This document shows positions 1 to 9,712 of a DNA stretch of 63,328 bases, piece after piece (within the stretch, counting starts at the first letter, position 1; the number at the start of each line of letters is the position of its first letter). The DNA lies in assembly GCA_037446635.1 (NCBI GenBank), contig JBBIIG010000022.1, forward strand, positions 1 through 63,328, in the 5' to 3' direction. The DNA is from a bacterium (GTDB taxonomy: Bacteria; Zhuqueibacterota; Zhuqueibacteria; Oceanimicrobiales; Oceanimicrobiaceae). The notes under the pieces were generated by a model that worked only from the letters and a program-made list of their open reading frames with translations, was not told the origin of the DNA and searched no databases. The position numbers and the translations under genes are program-made.

Positions 1-792
1 GTGGGTGGTGTCAAAGCGCAAATCGTTGATGTGCGGGTGATTGCGGCCACGAATAAGGAGTTGGAAAAGGCAGTGCGCGCCGGCGAATTCCGGGAGGATC
101 TGTACTATCGTCTGAACGCCATAAAGATTTTCGTGCCGCCGCTGCGCGAGCGCCGGGAAGATATTCGTCCGCTGATTGCAAAATTTGCGCGGGACTTCAG
201 CCGGCAGAATCACATCGAGTTTGAGGGTTTCTCAGAAACCGCGCTGCGCATGATGGAGGAGTACCCCTGGCCCGGCAATGTGCGCGAGCTCAAAAACTTG
301 GTGGAAAGTTTGATCGTTTTGGAGAAGGGTCAGCGCATCGACGAATATCTCCTCAGCCGCCATTTGAAGACACCGACGCCCTTTGAACGCAATTTGCCCG
401 TGCCGACGCACCGGACCTCCGAGCAAGTGGAGCGCGAATTCATTTATCACGCGCTGCTGGATCTCAAATCGGAAATTTCGAAACTGCGCGAGGATTTATA
501 TCATGTCCTGTTCTCCGAAAATCGGCCGCGCCAGTTGCCGCCGGCGTTTTCCTCGGCTGAGCCCGTCCGCTTTGGCGGCGAAGTGCTGCCGCGCCCCACT
601 GAACCCCTGCCCGTGGAGGACAATCACGAACAGCTCGATTTTGAAAACATGACGCTGGAGGAAGTGGAGCGCATCATGATTAATCGCGCGTTGGAAAAAA
701 ACGGCGGCAGCAAACGCAAAGCATCGAAGGCGCTCGGCATCAGCGAACGGACGCTTTATCGAAAAATCAAAGAGTATGACTTGCCGTACTGA
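1..792 (+). CDS. Sigma-54-dependent transcriptional activator (NtrC/Fis family), 5'-truncated by the window edge
   Basis: AAA+ motifs DVRVIAATN, FREDLYYRL and WPGNVREL; C-terminal Fis HTH (ASKALGISERTLYRKIKEY). Confidence 0.92.
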   Translation: MGGVKAQIVDVRVIAATNKELEKAVRAGEFREDLYYRLNAIKIFVPPLRERREDIRPLIAKFARDFSRQNHIEFEGFSETALRMMEEYPWPGNVRELKNLVESLIVLEKGQRIDEYLLSRHLKTPTPFERNLPVPTHRTSEQVEREFIYHALLDLKSEISKLREDLYHVLFSENRPRQLPPAFSSAEPVRFGGEVLPRPTEPLPVEDNHEQLDFENMTLEEVERIMINRALEKNGGSKRKASKALGISERTLYRKIKEYDLPY

Positions 793-814
793 CCTCTCCG
801 GTGTTGGGGCGACG

Positions 815-969
815 GGAGTGTTGGAGTACTGGAGTAGTGGAGTACTGGAGTACTGGAGTAGTGGAGTACTGGAGTAGTGGAGTACTGGAGTAGTGGATCA
901 TTGGATCATTGGATCAGACCAAAGCTATATTCATTGATCCAGCAATCCATTGATCCAATACTCCATTAC
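815..969. repeat. Period-8 tandem array (10x GGAGTnnT then 3x GGATCnnT) followed by about 4 inverted units
   Basis: ggagtgtt/ggagtact/ggagtagt at 815-894, ggatcatt units at 895-917, inverted attgatcc/agcaatcc/aatactcc at 933-964. Confidence 0.95.
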
Positions 970-999
970 GTTTCTTCCTGATTAATAAAAGGTTGAACG

Positions 1000-1491
1000 A
1001 TGAAATTTCTTTTCCCTATTCTCGCGATCTCAATTCTGATGGTTGCCGCTTGCGGACCGTATTCCTTTTCCGGCACCAGCTCGCCCCACATTAAAAGTGT
1101 GGCCATTCCAATTTTTCAAGATCAAACTTCAGAGTTTGGAATTAAGGAAAAGCTGACGGATGTACTCATTCAGGAATTTACCAAAGATAATACCCTGCGG
1201 GTCACCGACCGCCGTAGCGCCGATTCCTTGCTCGAGGGCACCATCATCCGCGTCGATGATCGCGCCGGCGCCTTCACCAGCGACGAGCGCGTGCAGGATA
1301 TCAAAATTTTCATTACCGTGCATGTCAAATACCAGGACTTGCAGAAGCGCAAAGTCATCTGGGAAGAAGAGATCACCCAGTGGGGCACCTTCAACCCGGA
1401 CGAAGGCCCGCAGAGCCGGGACGCCGGCATCGCTGAGGCCATCGCAAAAATTTCGGGTGAAATTCTCAACAAGTCCGTATCTGGCTGGTAA
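1000..1491 (+). CDS. lptE: LptE-family LPS assembly lipoprotein
   Basis: Lipobox (VAAC) followed by GPYSFSG; IKSVAIPIFQDQT and C-terminal KSVSGW resemble FCB-type LptE. Confidence 0.75.
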   Translation: MKFLFPILAISILMVAACGPYSFSGTSSPHIKSVAIPIFQDQTSEFGIKEKLTDVLIQEFTKDNTLRVTDRRSADSLLEGTIIRVDDRAGAFTSDERVQDIKIFITVHVKYQDLQKRKVIWEEEITQWGTFNPDEGPQSRDAGIAEAIAKISGEILNKSVSGW

Positions 1492-1504
1492 ACAAAGAAA
1501 TTAG

Positions 1505-1533
1505 TTGCGATTCGCCCATTATTTTCTTACATT
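1505..1533 (+). promoter_or_regulatory. Putative sigma-70 promoter
   Basis: TTGCGA-17 nt-TACATT upstream of the TPR gene. Confidence 0.45.
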
Positions 1534-1567
1534 TTTATCCGTTTGTTCACCATTATTTTGAGTTGCG

Positions 1568-2713
1568 ATGTCTGAAAATAATAACACGCTGCGGTTCTTG
1601 GAAGAACATCTCAAAAAGAACCCCGACTCCATTCTATTTGCCCGCCTCGCCGATGCTTATCTGAAGAATCAAAAAATATCCGAGGCGATCGCTTTGTGTG
1701 AGAATGGGGTGAAGAAGCACCCCTATTACGTCACCGGCCATTTGGTACTCGGCAAGTGTTACATGGCGAATAAATTGCACGATCTGGCGGAAAAGGAATT
1801 CAAGCGGGTGCTGCTCTTCGATCCGCGCCATTTGGCGGCCCACAAATTTTATGGCGATTTGATGCAGGAGATCGGCTGGGAAAATACCTGCGAGAGCAGC
1901 TACAAGAAAATTTTGCAAATCGATCCGCTGGATGAGGTGGCGCGCAGCCGAGTATCCGAATTTGAAGCCTTTGTTCAGCGCGAGCCGGAAAAGCCGGCCT
2001 CCGAGCCTTCGCCGGAGCCTGTGGCGCCGGTGGAAATCAATTTCGACGCCATCTCCCCGCTTTCCATCGAATCCATTGACGACGATCTGGTTTTCAGTGA
2101 GCCGGCCGTCGAGACGCCGCAGCCGGAAGCAGAAGCAAAGACGCAACCCGCGCCGCCCGGCAACGACCAAAGTCCGGAGGTCGATGATCAGAAGATCGAG
2201 GAGTTTTCCGGAATTCTCGACGATATTTTTAAAGACGAGGTGGTGAAAGAGCGGCCCGCGGACGTGTCGTCGGAGGATGACGATCTGTTTCCGCAATTCC
2301 AGCAGCAGCCCAAAACTTTCAGCGATGATTTTGAAATGTATCGTCCGGAAGTGGAGCGCCCGCGGCCCTTCCAATCGCCGCCCCTCCCCAGTCAGGATTT
2401 AGAGGATTTCGGCGAGCTGGATTTTACGCCCAAGCGCCCGGCGCCGCGCGAACCGTTTCCACCCCCCTCCAAGCCGGAACCGAAACTAAAAAAAGAAGAT
2501 GCCGAGGTTTTTCAAACCCCGCGGCCGAAGAAGGGCGAAAAAATTGTCACCCCCACGTTGGGCGAGATTTATGCGGCGCAGGGGCAATATGCCAAAGCCA
2601 TCGATGTGTTTGAGGTGTTGATGAAAAAATATCCCAAAAATGAGGCCTTTCCACAAAAAATAAAACTATTGAAGCAGAAGTTAGAAGAACAAAAAAATGC
2701 GCCAAAGAATTGA
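1568..2713 (+). CDS. Tetratricopeptide repeat protein with acidic/proline-rich linker
   Basis: N-terminal TPRs (FARLADAY, GHLVLGKCY) and a C-terminal TPR (VTPTLGEIYAAQG). Confidence 0.85.
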   Translation: MSENNNTLRFLEEHLKKNPDSILFARLADAYLKNQKISEAIALCENGVKKHPYYVTGHLVLGKCYMANKLHDLAEKEFKRVLLFDPRHLAAHKFYGDLMQEIGWENTCESSYKKILQIDPLDEVARSRVSEFEAFVQREPEKPASEPSPEPVAPVEINFDAISPLSIESIDDDLVFSEPAVETPQPEAEAKTQPAPPGNDQSPEVDDQKIEEFSGILDDIFKDEVVKERPADVSSEDDDLFPQFQQQPKTFSDDFEMYRPEVERPRPFQSPPLPSQDLEDFGELDFTPKRPAPREPFPPPSKPEPKLKKEDAEVFQTPRPKKGEKIVTPTLGEIYAAQGQYAKAIDVFEVLMKKYPKNEAFPQKIKLLKQKLEEQKNAPKN

Positions 2714-3764
2714 GAAACTGCGGGAACGCATTCAGCACTTCAAATTGGATGCGCTGCTCGTCACTTCTTTGGTGAATATCCGTTATCTGTTTGGATTTAC
2801 CGGGTCGAGTGCGATAGCGTTGGTTGCACCCGACCTTTGTTATTTTATCACCGACCGCCGCTACAAAACTCAGGCGGCCGCGCAGGTGAGCGGCGCTGAA
2901 ATGTTCGTCGCCATTCAGGATTTGTACGGCGAGCTGAAACACCTCCCTCTCAAACCGGGCGCCCGAATAGGGGTGGAAGCCGTTCATCTCTCTCTGAAAA
3001 ATTATTTGCATCTCAAGAAGATCTATCGCGAGGTGAAATGGCTGGCCAGCGAGCGCATCGTCGAACGCCTCGCCAGCATCAAAGAGGCGGACGAGATCGC
3101 GCATATTAAAAAAGCGGCCGAGCTGTGTGGAAAAGTGTATTTAGAATTGTTGCCGCTCATTAAACCCGGCGTCAGCGAGTTGGAGCTTTCCGCAGAAATT
3201 TCTTATCGCACCCGGCGCAGCGGCAGCGAGCGCGATCCCTTTGAACCGATTGTCGCCAGCGGCCAGCGCTCGGCCTTGCCGCACGGCATTTCTTCGTCAA
3301 AAATAATTGCGCCCGGCGATTTGGTGATTCTCGATTTCGGCGCCGTGGTCAACGGTTACGCGGCGGACCTCACCCGCACCGTCATAGTCGGCCAACCGAC
3401 GAACCAGCAAACCGAAATGGCCGCGCTGGTGGAGTCGGCGCTGCGGCTCGCCGAATCCTCGGCTCGGCCCGGAATGATCGGCAAGCAATTGGATGGAATC
3501 GTTCGCGACTTTTTGAAGCAGCGCGGCTACGGTGATTTTTTTCAACACTCACTGGGTCACGGCCTTGGTCTCGAAGTGCACGGCTTGCCCCGCATTGGCG
3601 AGCAGAGCGACGACCCCCTCGAAGCCGGCAACGTGCTGGCGCTGGAGCCCGGGGTTTACTTGCCGGAGATTGGCGGCGTGCGCATTGAAAATAATTACTA
3701 TCTCGGCAGCGAGGGCGTGCAAAATTTGAGTCCGTTTTCACGGGAAGTGGTCAGCGTGGGATGA
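2697..3764 (+). CDS. Xaa-Pro aminopeptidase (M24 family)
   Basis: Creatinase-type N-domain; metal ligands in LDFG, ADLTRT, HSLGHGLG, LEPG and RIE. Confidence 0.92.
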   Translation: MRQRIEKLRERIQHFKLDALLVTSLVNIRYLFGFTGSSAIALVAPDLCYFITDRRYKTQAAAQVSGAEMFVAIQDLYGELKHLPLKPGARIGVEAVHLSLKNYLHLKKIYREVKWLASERIVERLASIKEADEIAHIKKAAELCGKVYLELLPLIKPGVSELELSAEISYRTRRSGSERDPFEPIVASGQRSALPHGISSSKIIAPGDLVILDFGAVVNGYAADLTRTVIVGQPTNQQTEMAALVESALRLAESSARPGMIGKQLDGIVRDFLKQRGYGDFFQHSLGHGLGLEVHGLPRIGEQSDDPLEAGNVLALEPGVYLPEIGGVRIENNYYLGSEGVQNLSPFSREVVSVG

Positions 3765-4648
3765 AGACGGGCGTTTCGGCGGTCATCGTCACGTTTAATA
3801 ATGAAAATGAAATTGCCGATTGCTTGGAGTCGCTGGCAAAGGAACTGGCAGACGGCGATTGGCAGTTAACCATCATCGACAATCAGTCTCTGGATCGCAC
3901 AGTTGAAATTTTACAAAGCACATTATATAGAATGACTGGTTGCGAAGCGGAATTAATTTGCAATCAAAAAAATATAGGATTTACCAGCGCGCTCAATCAG
4001 GGTTTGAAAAAGAGCCGCGGGGAGTTGTTATTAATTTTGAATCCCGACACAAAATGGCAGTCCGGTAGTTTGGAGACTTTAAAACGAACTCTGATCCGTA
4101 ATCCAAAAACCGGCGTTGTCGCGCCGCAATTGTTGAATCCGGACGGCTCGGTGCAGCCGTCGTGCCGCCGCTTTCCTGGTCATCGCGATGTGGTTTTTGA
4201 GGTGTTCGGTTTGAGTCGAATTTTTAAAACGAGTCGAATCTTTAATGGTTGGAAGATGGGGGATTTCGATCATCGCGTTCGGCGCTCGGTGGAACAACCG
4301 CAGGGCGCTTGTCTCCTGTTCCGTCGCGACGTGCTAAATGCAGTGGGGTGGTGGGACGAAGATTTCCCCATGTTTTTTAGCGACGTGGATTGGTGCCGGC
4401 GGGTTAAAGCCGCGGGCTTCGATATCGTTTTTGAGCCGGCCGCCAAAGTGATTCATCACCGGGGCGTGAGTGTGTTTCAGAAACGTCCAGCGATGATTTG
4501 GTCTTCACATCGCTCGTTTTATTGGTACTTTCGTAAACATTATCCCCAGCGACGATTGGCCAACCTTCTGATGGGATGGCTGCTGTTGTTCACGGCGGTT
4601 CCCAGAATGGCCATCGCAGCGATCCGGAAAATTCAGTCTTTGGTTTAG
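3761..4648 (+). CDS. Glycosyltransferase family 2 (WbbL-like)
   Basis: IIDNQSLD, LNPD, GACLL and FSDVDWC motifs. Confidence 0.9.
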   Translation: MKTGVSAVIVTFNNENEIADCLESLAKELADGDWQLTIIDNQSLDRTVEILQSTLYRMTGCEAELICNQKNIGFTSALNQGLKKSRGELLLILNPDTKWQSGSLETLKRTLIRNPKTGVVAPQLLNPDGSVQPSCRRFPGHRDVVFEVFGLSRIFKTSRIFNGWKMGDFDHRVRRSVEQPQGACLLFRRDVLNAVGWWDEDFPMFFSDVDWCRRVKAAGFDIVFEPAAKVIHHRGVSVFQKRPAMIWSSHRSFYWYFRKHYPQRRLANLLMGWLLLFTAVPRMAIAAIRKIQSLV

Positions 4649-4665
4649 CAAGCGGAGGATTTTTC

Positions 4666-5010
4666 ATGGAGCGTTCCACTCAAGTGGAAAAACGAGTTCA
4701 AGGCGATGTTGGAATTATGGACATTCAGGGCGAGGTGACCAGCTTCTCTGAACAGATTTTGCAAGATGCGTACGAAAAATTTTCCGGCGACGGACTGAAG
4801 AAACTTTTGCTTAACTTCGAGGGGGTGTCCTACATCAACAGCGCCGGCATGGCCAGCATCATTAGCATTTTAAATCAAAGCCGAAAGCGAAAGCAGACGC
4901 TGCGGGCGTGGGGGCTGAGCGAGCATTTTCAAAAAATTTTCGATATGGTAGGAATTACGAAATATATGGAGCATTTTAGCTCCGAGGAAGAAGCATTACA
5001 GAGTTTTTGA
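4666..5010 (+). CDS. STAS-domain anti-sigma factor antagonist
   Basis: YINSAG phosphoacceptor motif; ATG at 4666 follows a GGAGG RBS. Confidence 0.88.
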   Translation: MERSTQVEKRVQGDVGIMDIQGEVTSFSEQILQDAYEKFSGDGLKKLLLNFEGVSYINSAGMASIISILNQSRKRKQTLRAWGLSEHFQKIFDMVGITKYMEHFSSEEEALQSF

Positions 5011-5729
5011 ATCACCAAATTGATGATGGAATGACGCCAATGAAACTGCTGCTTTTCGACGTTGACATGACTTTGATCGACACCGCCGGCGCTGGCCGCC
5101 GCGCCATGATTATGGCGTTTGAAGATTTGTTCACTCGCCGCAACGGCATGGAGAGCGCCGGGTTTGCCGGCCGCACCGACACCATCATTTTGAAAGACGC
5201 CCTCGTTCATCATGGTTTGCCGTGGTCGCCGGAAATTCAGCAACGATTTCAAGCCGCGTACTTTGCGCATTTGCAAGCGGAACTCGCCAAGCCCAATCCG
5301 CGCAAGCGAGTGCTGCCCGGGATTCGCCAAATTTTGGAGAAGGTGCGCGATCACCCAACGCTAAAAATTGGCCTGTTGACCGGCAATTGGCGGGAGGGGG
5401 CGAGAATCAAGCTGGAGCACTTCGATTTGTATCACTATTTTGAAATCGGCGCATTTTCAGATGACTCCGAGGTTCGCTCTGAATTGCCGGCATTTGCCGC
5501 GCAGCGTTTCGCGCAAATAACCGGCGCGGCCATCGCGCCCCACGATGTTTACATCATCGGCGATACCCCGAACGACGTCGCCTGCGCCCAGCCGTTCGGC
5601 GCGCGCAGTGTGGCGGTGGCCACCGGATTGTTTTCAGTGGAGCAGTTGCAATCGGCGCATCCCGATTTTCTTTTCCCCGACCTTTCGGATGATCGCGCCT
5701 TTTTCAACATTTTTTTGGAAGAAAATTGA
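5007..5729 (+). CDS. HAD-family hydrolase
   Basis: FDVDMTL motif I, LLTGN, IGDTPND. Confidence 0.88.
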   Translation: MNHQIDDGMTPMKLLLFDVDMTLIDTAGAGRRAMIMAFEDLFTRRNGMESAGFAGRTDTIILKDALVHHGLPWSPEIQQRFQAAYFAHLQAELAKPNPRKRVLPGIRQILEKVRDHPTLKIGLLTGNWREGARIKLEHFDLYHYFEIGAFSDDSEVRSELPAFAAQRFAQITGAAIAPHDVYIIGDTPNDVACAQPFGARSVAVATGLFSVEQLQSAHPDFLFPDLSDDRAFFNIFLEEN

Positions 5730-5796
5730 ACTTCAAATTGGTTATTAGTTTTAGATTTGAAAAAATGCACAACCAGCTTCCAATCCCTTCCTCCTC

Positions 5797-5836
5797 AAAT
5801 CCCCGGGTGCGAATTTGCCTCGGGGATTTTTTATTT
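5797..5836 (+). terminator. Rho-independent terminator
   Basis: aaatccccg...cggggattt stem followed by a T-tract. Confidence 0.7.
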
Positions 5837-5857
5837 GCCAAAAATATATCATCAACT

Positions 5858-7663
5858 ATGATTAAGCATTTAGCCGCGCCAATTTTTATCGGTTTGCTGT
5901 TCACGAGGCCGTTTATTTCCCAGGAAGCTCCCTCGAGTTCTACCCGTTTGAAAATCGTCTTTCCGGCGGATGGCGATACGTTGAATTTCGACCGCATCCG
6001 TTTTGCTGGATCGGCGCGGCCGGGATCGCGGCTCTGGGTGCAGGGGCGGGAGATCAACGTCTATCCCTCCGGCGCATTCGTAGGGATGGTGGATCTGATT
6101 TCCGGGATAAACGAGATCGTGTTTGCGGCGCTCGACAGCATTGGCATAGTGAGCGACACCATCCGCGTGCTGCGGCAGCCGCCCCTTGCCGTTTTGTCCG
6201 CCATTCCAACCACAATCGACCCGGCGCTGGTTTCGCCGGCTGAGGATGTTTATCTCTCCGCTGGCGACGTGCTGGAGGTGGAGTTCTTCGGCAGTCCCGG
6301 CGGTTTGGCAAGTTTTGCGATCGACGACATCGGCAAAAATATGCGGATGGTGGAGTTGCCCAAGCGCGTTCGCAATGGTTTGAGCGGGTGGTACAAAGGT
6401 ACGGTTCTGATTCCGCCGCTGGAAGAATATAAACCAAAACCGGTGGAATTTAAATTTCGCGGCAAAGATGGCGAGGTGTTAAAATTCGAATCGCCGGGCC
6501 GAATTCACATCCTATCGCCGTTTATGCCGGCGGTGGGCGTGACCGTTGACACCACCAACACCATTCAACTCAAACCCAACGGTGAAATTTGGATGGAGCT
6601 GCCGCCGGATATCAAGCTGCACGTCGTCGGCGAGCGCTCTGGGCAGAAAGCCGTGCGGTTAGCGGACGGCATCACGGGGTACATTCCCTCGAAAAGCGTT
6701 TTGATGCTGCCGCCGGGAACGCCGCTTCCGCAAGCGGCGGTAGGCAACATCACCACCGAGGAAGATGAGGAGTGGGTGCAGGTGCGGGTGAACCTAAGTG
6801 AGCGCGTACCGATCAAGATCACTCAGATTTTGGAGCCGCCGATGTTGGAGTTGATGTTTTATCAAGCGCAAATGGTGCGGCCCTGGATTGCTCATCCCGC
6901 CAACGATCGAACCATTCGTAGTTTTCAATGGCAGCAGCCCACTGACGAAGTTTTTATCCTCCGCATCGATTTGAACCAGGCGCAGCAGTGGGGCTACCAA
7001 AGCCGTTTTGTGGGAAAGCAATTTTGGTTGAGCATCCGCAAAAGTCCAACGTTGTTTGGTAACGAAAATTTTTTGTTGAGTGGGCTGACCATCACCGTCG
7101 ATCCCGGTCACGGCGGCGAATCCGAGGGCGCCGTCAGCCCCACCGGTTTGCTGGAAAAACACCTCAATCTGCGGTACGCGCAGATCGTCGCCGATTTGTT
7201 GGAAAACGCCGGCGCGCGCGTCATTCGAACTCGCACGCAGGATACAACCTTGACGCTGTCGGAGCGGGTAAAGATGGCGCAGGACGCCAATTCGCATATT
7301 TTCCTTTCGCTGCACAACAATTCCATTCAGCCCAGCAGCGACCCGCTGCGGCCGCGGGGAACAACGATCTTTTACACCGCCCCGCACGCGCAGGCGCTGG
7401 CTAAAACCGTTTTTGATCGCCTGGTCGGCCTCGGGCTTACTCCGTTCGGCCGCATCATTTCAACTTATTTTGTGACACGTCCCACCAATATGATTTCAAT
7501 TTTAGTTGAGGCGACGTTTATGTCGCACCCCGAAGATGAGATGCTGCTGCTCACGGAGGGTTTTGTAAATGATCTGGCGGCTGCCACGGTGGAGGGCGTC
7601 AAAGACTTTATCCAGCCGCTGGCGAATCCAACGCCGAACATTCAAAGCACGGATCGCTTCTGA
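5858..7663 (+). CDS. N-acetylmuramoyl-L-alanine amidase (Amidase_3) with long N-terminal extension
   Basis: DPGHGG, EK, SLHNN and LVE zinc/catalytic residues; start placed at 5858, after the terminator and before a signal-like segment. Confidence 0.85.
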   Translation: MIKHLAAPIFIGLLFTRPFISQEAPSSSTRLKIVFPADGDTLNFDRIRFAGSARPGSRLWVQGREINVYPSGAFVGMVDLISGINEIVFAALDSIGIVSDTIRVLRQPPLAVLSAIPTTIDPALVSPAEDVYLSAGDVLEVEFFGSPGGLASFAIDDIGKNMRMVELPKRVRNGLSGWYKGTVLIPPLEEYKPKPVEFKFRGKDGEVLKFESPGRIHILSPFMPAVGVTVDTTNTIQLKPNGEIWMELPPDIKLHVVGERSGQKAVRLADGITGYIPSKSVLMLPPGTPLPQAAVGNITTEEDEEWVQVRVNLSERVPIKITQILEPPMLELMFYQAQMVRPWIAHPANDRTIRSFQWQQPTDEVFILRIDLNQAQQWGYQSRFVGKQFWLSIRKSPTLFGNENFLLSGLTITVDPGHGGESEGAVSPTGLLEKHLNLRYAQIVADLLENAGARVIRTRTQDTTLTLSERVKMAQDANSHIFLSLHNNSIQPSSDPLRPRGTTIFYTAPHAQALAKTVFDRLVGLGLTPFGRIISTYFVTRPTNMISILVEATFMSHPEDEMLLLTEGFVNDLAAATVEGVKDFIQPLANPTPNIQSTDRF

Positions 7664-7767
7664 CCACCCCCTAAAAAACTGGGGTAAATTTATCAAATCA
7701 AAGCAGGAATAGAATTGAAAATCCGTTTGTTGCGGTAGTAAATTTACAAGCCCTTTTTAATTTTGAA

Positions 7768-9303
7768 ATGGAGGAAATATCTATTTTTGAGATTGGTCTG
7801 TTCGCAATGTATGGTTTGGTGATCGCGCTTTTGGTACTGTTTGGTCTTCATAAATATTTTTTGCTCTATTTATACATGAAGCACAAAAACCGTCCGCCTC
7901 AGCCGATCGCCAAATTGGACGATCTGCCGATCGTCACGTTACAGCTTCCAATTTATAATGAAAAATATGTCATCGAACGGCTGCTCAAGTCTGTTTGCGC
8001 CTTCGATTATCCCAAAGAGCGGATGCAAATTCAAGTGCTGGATGACTCCACAGACGAGACCCGTGCCGCAGCAGAAGGTTTGGTGGACATCTATCGGCAG
8101 CAAGGATTTAACATCGAATATCTTCACCGCGGCAGCCGTCTGGGCTTTAAGGCCGGCGCGTTGGACTATGGTTTATCAAGAGCCGCCGGCGAATTTGTGG
8201 CCATCTTTGACGCCGATTTCACCCCCGAGCCAGATTTCTTAAAACGCAGTCTGCCCTTTTTTAGCGACCCAAAAGTCGGCCTGGTGCAAGCGCGCTGGGG
8301 GCATATCAACCGCAACTACTCCTTGCTCACCCGCATCCAATCGCTGTTTCTTGACGGCCATTTCATCATCGAGCACACGGCGCGCAATCGCTCCGGACGA
8401 TTTTTTAATTTCAACGGCACCGCCGGCATTTGGCGCAAGCAGGCCATTCTCGACGCCGGCGGCTGGCAGCACGACACCCTGACCGAGGATTTGGATTTGA
8501 GCTATCGCGCCCAGTTGGCCGGCTGGCGTTTCGTTTATCTTCCCGATCTGGTGGCGCCGGCGGAATTGCCGGTGGAGGTCAACGCCTACAAATCGCAGCA
8601 GCACCGCTGGGCCAAAGGGTCGGTGCAGACCGCCAAAAAATTGCTGCCGCTGATTTTTAAAAGCCGCATTCCGTTTTCAGTAAAATTGGAAGCGAGCATG
8701 CATTTAGTGAGCAACTTCACGTACCTGTTTATGACCATCCCGTCGATTTTGATGCCGGTTATTTTGCAAGTGCAGCTCAACCGCGGCTGGGATTGGATGG
8801 TGTATGTTTATTTGACGGTATTTTTCACAGCTTCTTTGTCTGTGGTTGTTTATTATCTGGTTTCTCAAAAAGCAAGTAACCGCAAATGGAAGAAGCAGAT
8901 TCCCTACTTGCCGCTGCTGATGTCCCTCGGCATTGGCCTGTCGATTAATAATGCCAAAGCGGTGTTAGAGGCGCTGTTCAATTATACCAGCGAATTTCGC
9001 CGCACGCCAAAATACAAAATTGAACGCGCCACGGACTCCTGGCGTCAAAAAAGCTATCGCGCGGATTTCAACGTCCAGCCTTTCATTGAGCTGCTGTTGG
9101 GCTGCTACTTCACTGTGGCTTTAATGAACTTTGCGGAACGAGGCCTGTTCGTTTCCATCCCGTTTTTCTTGTTGTTTCAATTCGGCTTCGTTTACCTCGG
9201 GGTGATGTCGCTGCTGCAGTCTAGCGTATTCAACCGCAATTTCGCACAGGTCAAACTGTTTTTCCAGCAGCGGCTGCTCTTTATCACCAAAAATCTCTCC
9301 TGA
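7768..9303 (+). CDS. Membrane GT2 glycosyltransferase (cellulose-synthase-like)
   Basis: DDSTD, FKAG, DAD, TED and QQHRW (D,D,D,QxxRW) with flanking TM helices. Confidence 0.9.
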   Translation: MEEISIFEIGLFAMYGLVIALLVLFGLHKYFLLYLYMKHKNRPPQPIAKLDDLPIVTLQLPIYNEKYVIERLLKSVCAFDYPKERMQIQVLDDSTDETRAAAEGLVDIYRQQGFNIEYLHRGSRLGFKAGALDYGLSRAAGEFVAIFDADFTPEPDFLKRSLPFFSDPKVGLVQARWGHINRNYSLLTRIQSLFLDGHFIIEHTARNRSGRFFNFNGTAGIWRKQAILDAGGWQHDTLTEDLDLSYRAQLAGWRFVYLPDLVAPAELPVEVNAYKSQQHRWAKGSVQTAKKLLPLIFKSRIPFSVKLEASMHLVSNFTYLFMTIPSILMPVILQVQLNRGWDWMVYVYLTVFFTASLSVVVYYLVSQKASNRKWKKQIPYLPLLMSLGIGLSINNAKAVLEALFNYTSEFRRTPKYKIERATDSWRQKSYRADFNVQPFIELLLGCYFTVALMNFAERGLFVSIPFFLLFQFGFVYLGVMSLLQSSVFNRNFAQVKLFFQQRLLFITKNLS

Positions 9304-9321
9304 AATTTGCTGGAAAAAACC

Positions 9322-9350
9322 TTGATATTTTCCAAAATCATTCTTATTTT
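9322..9350 (+). promoter_or_regulatory. Putative sigma-70 promoter for trxA
   Basis: TTGATA-17 nt-TATTTT. Confidence 0.5.
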
Positions 9351-9379
9351 CGTTCGCGTTTTTTGCGAAGGAGAATGAA

Positions 9380-9706
9380 ATGGCCAAACCCGTTACGTTG
9401 ACGGATAATAATTTTGAAACCGAAGTTTTAAGCTCCGACAAACCCGTTCTGGTGGACTTTTGGGCGGAATGGTGTGGGCCGTGCAAGATGATCGCGCCGT
9501 TTGTTGAAGAATTGGCGGCTGAGTACGATGGCAAAGTCAAGGTTGGAAAATTGGATGTTGACACCAATATGAATACCTCGATGAAATATGGAATTCGCAG
9601 CATTCCAGCGCTTTTAATATTTAAAAATGGTCAAGTGGTCGAGCATATTATTGGTGCGGTACCCAAGAATCAAATCAAATCGAAATTAGAAGCGGCATTA
9701 TCTTAG
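9380..9706 (+). CDS. trxA: Thioredoxin
   Basis: WCGPC active site, 108 aa. Confidence 0.97.
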   Translation: MAKPVTLTDNNFETEVLSSDKPVLVDFWAEWCGPCKMIAPFVEELAAEYDGKVKVGKLDVDTNMNTSMKYGIRSIPALLIFKNGQVVEHIIGAVPKNQIKSKLEAALS

Positions 9707-9712
9707 AAAAGA

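Noticed and set aside
815..969. CRISPR array interpretation of the GGAGT repeats
   Set aside because: The units are contiguous 8-mers with no unique spacers, and no cas genes are in the window.
5726..5857. N-terminal extension of the amidase ORF, and similar extensions at 4576, 36383 and 39745
   Set aside because: They overlap terminators, repeats or upstream genes; downstream starts fit the RBS, signal peptide or family N-terminus better.
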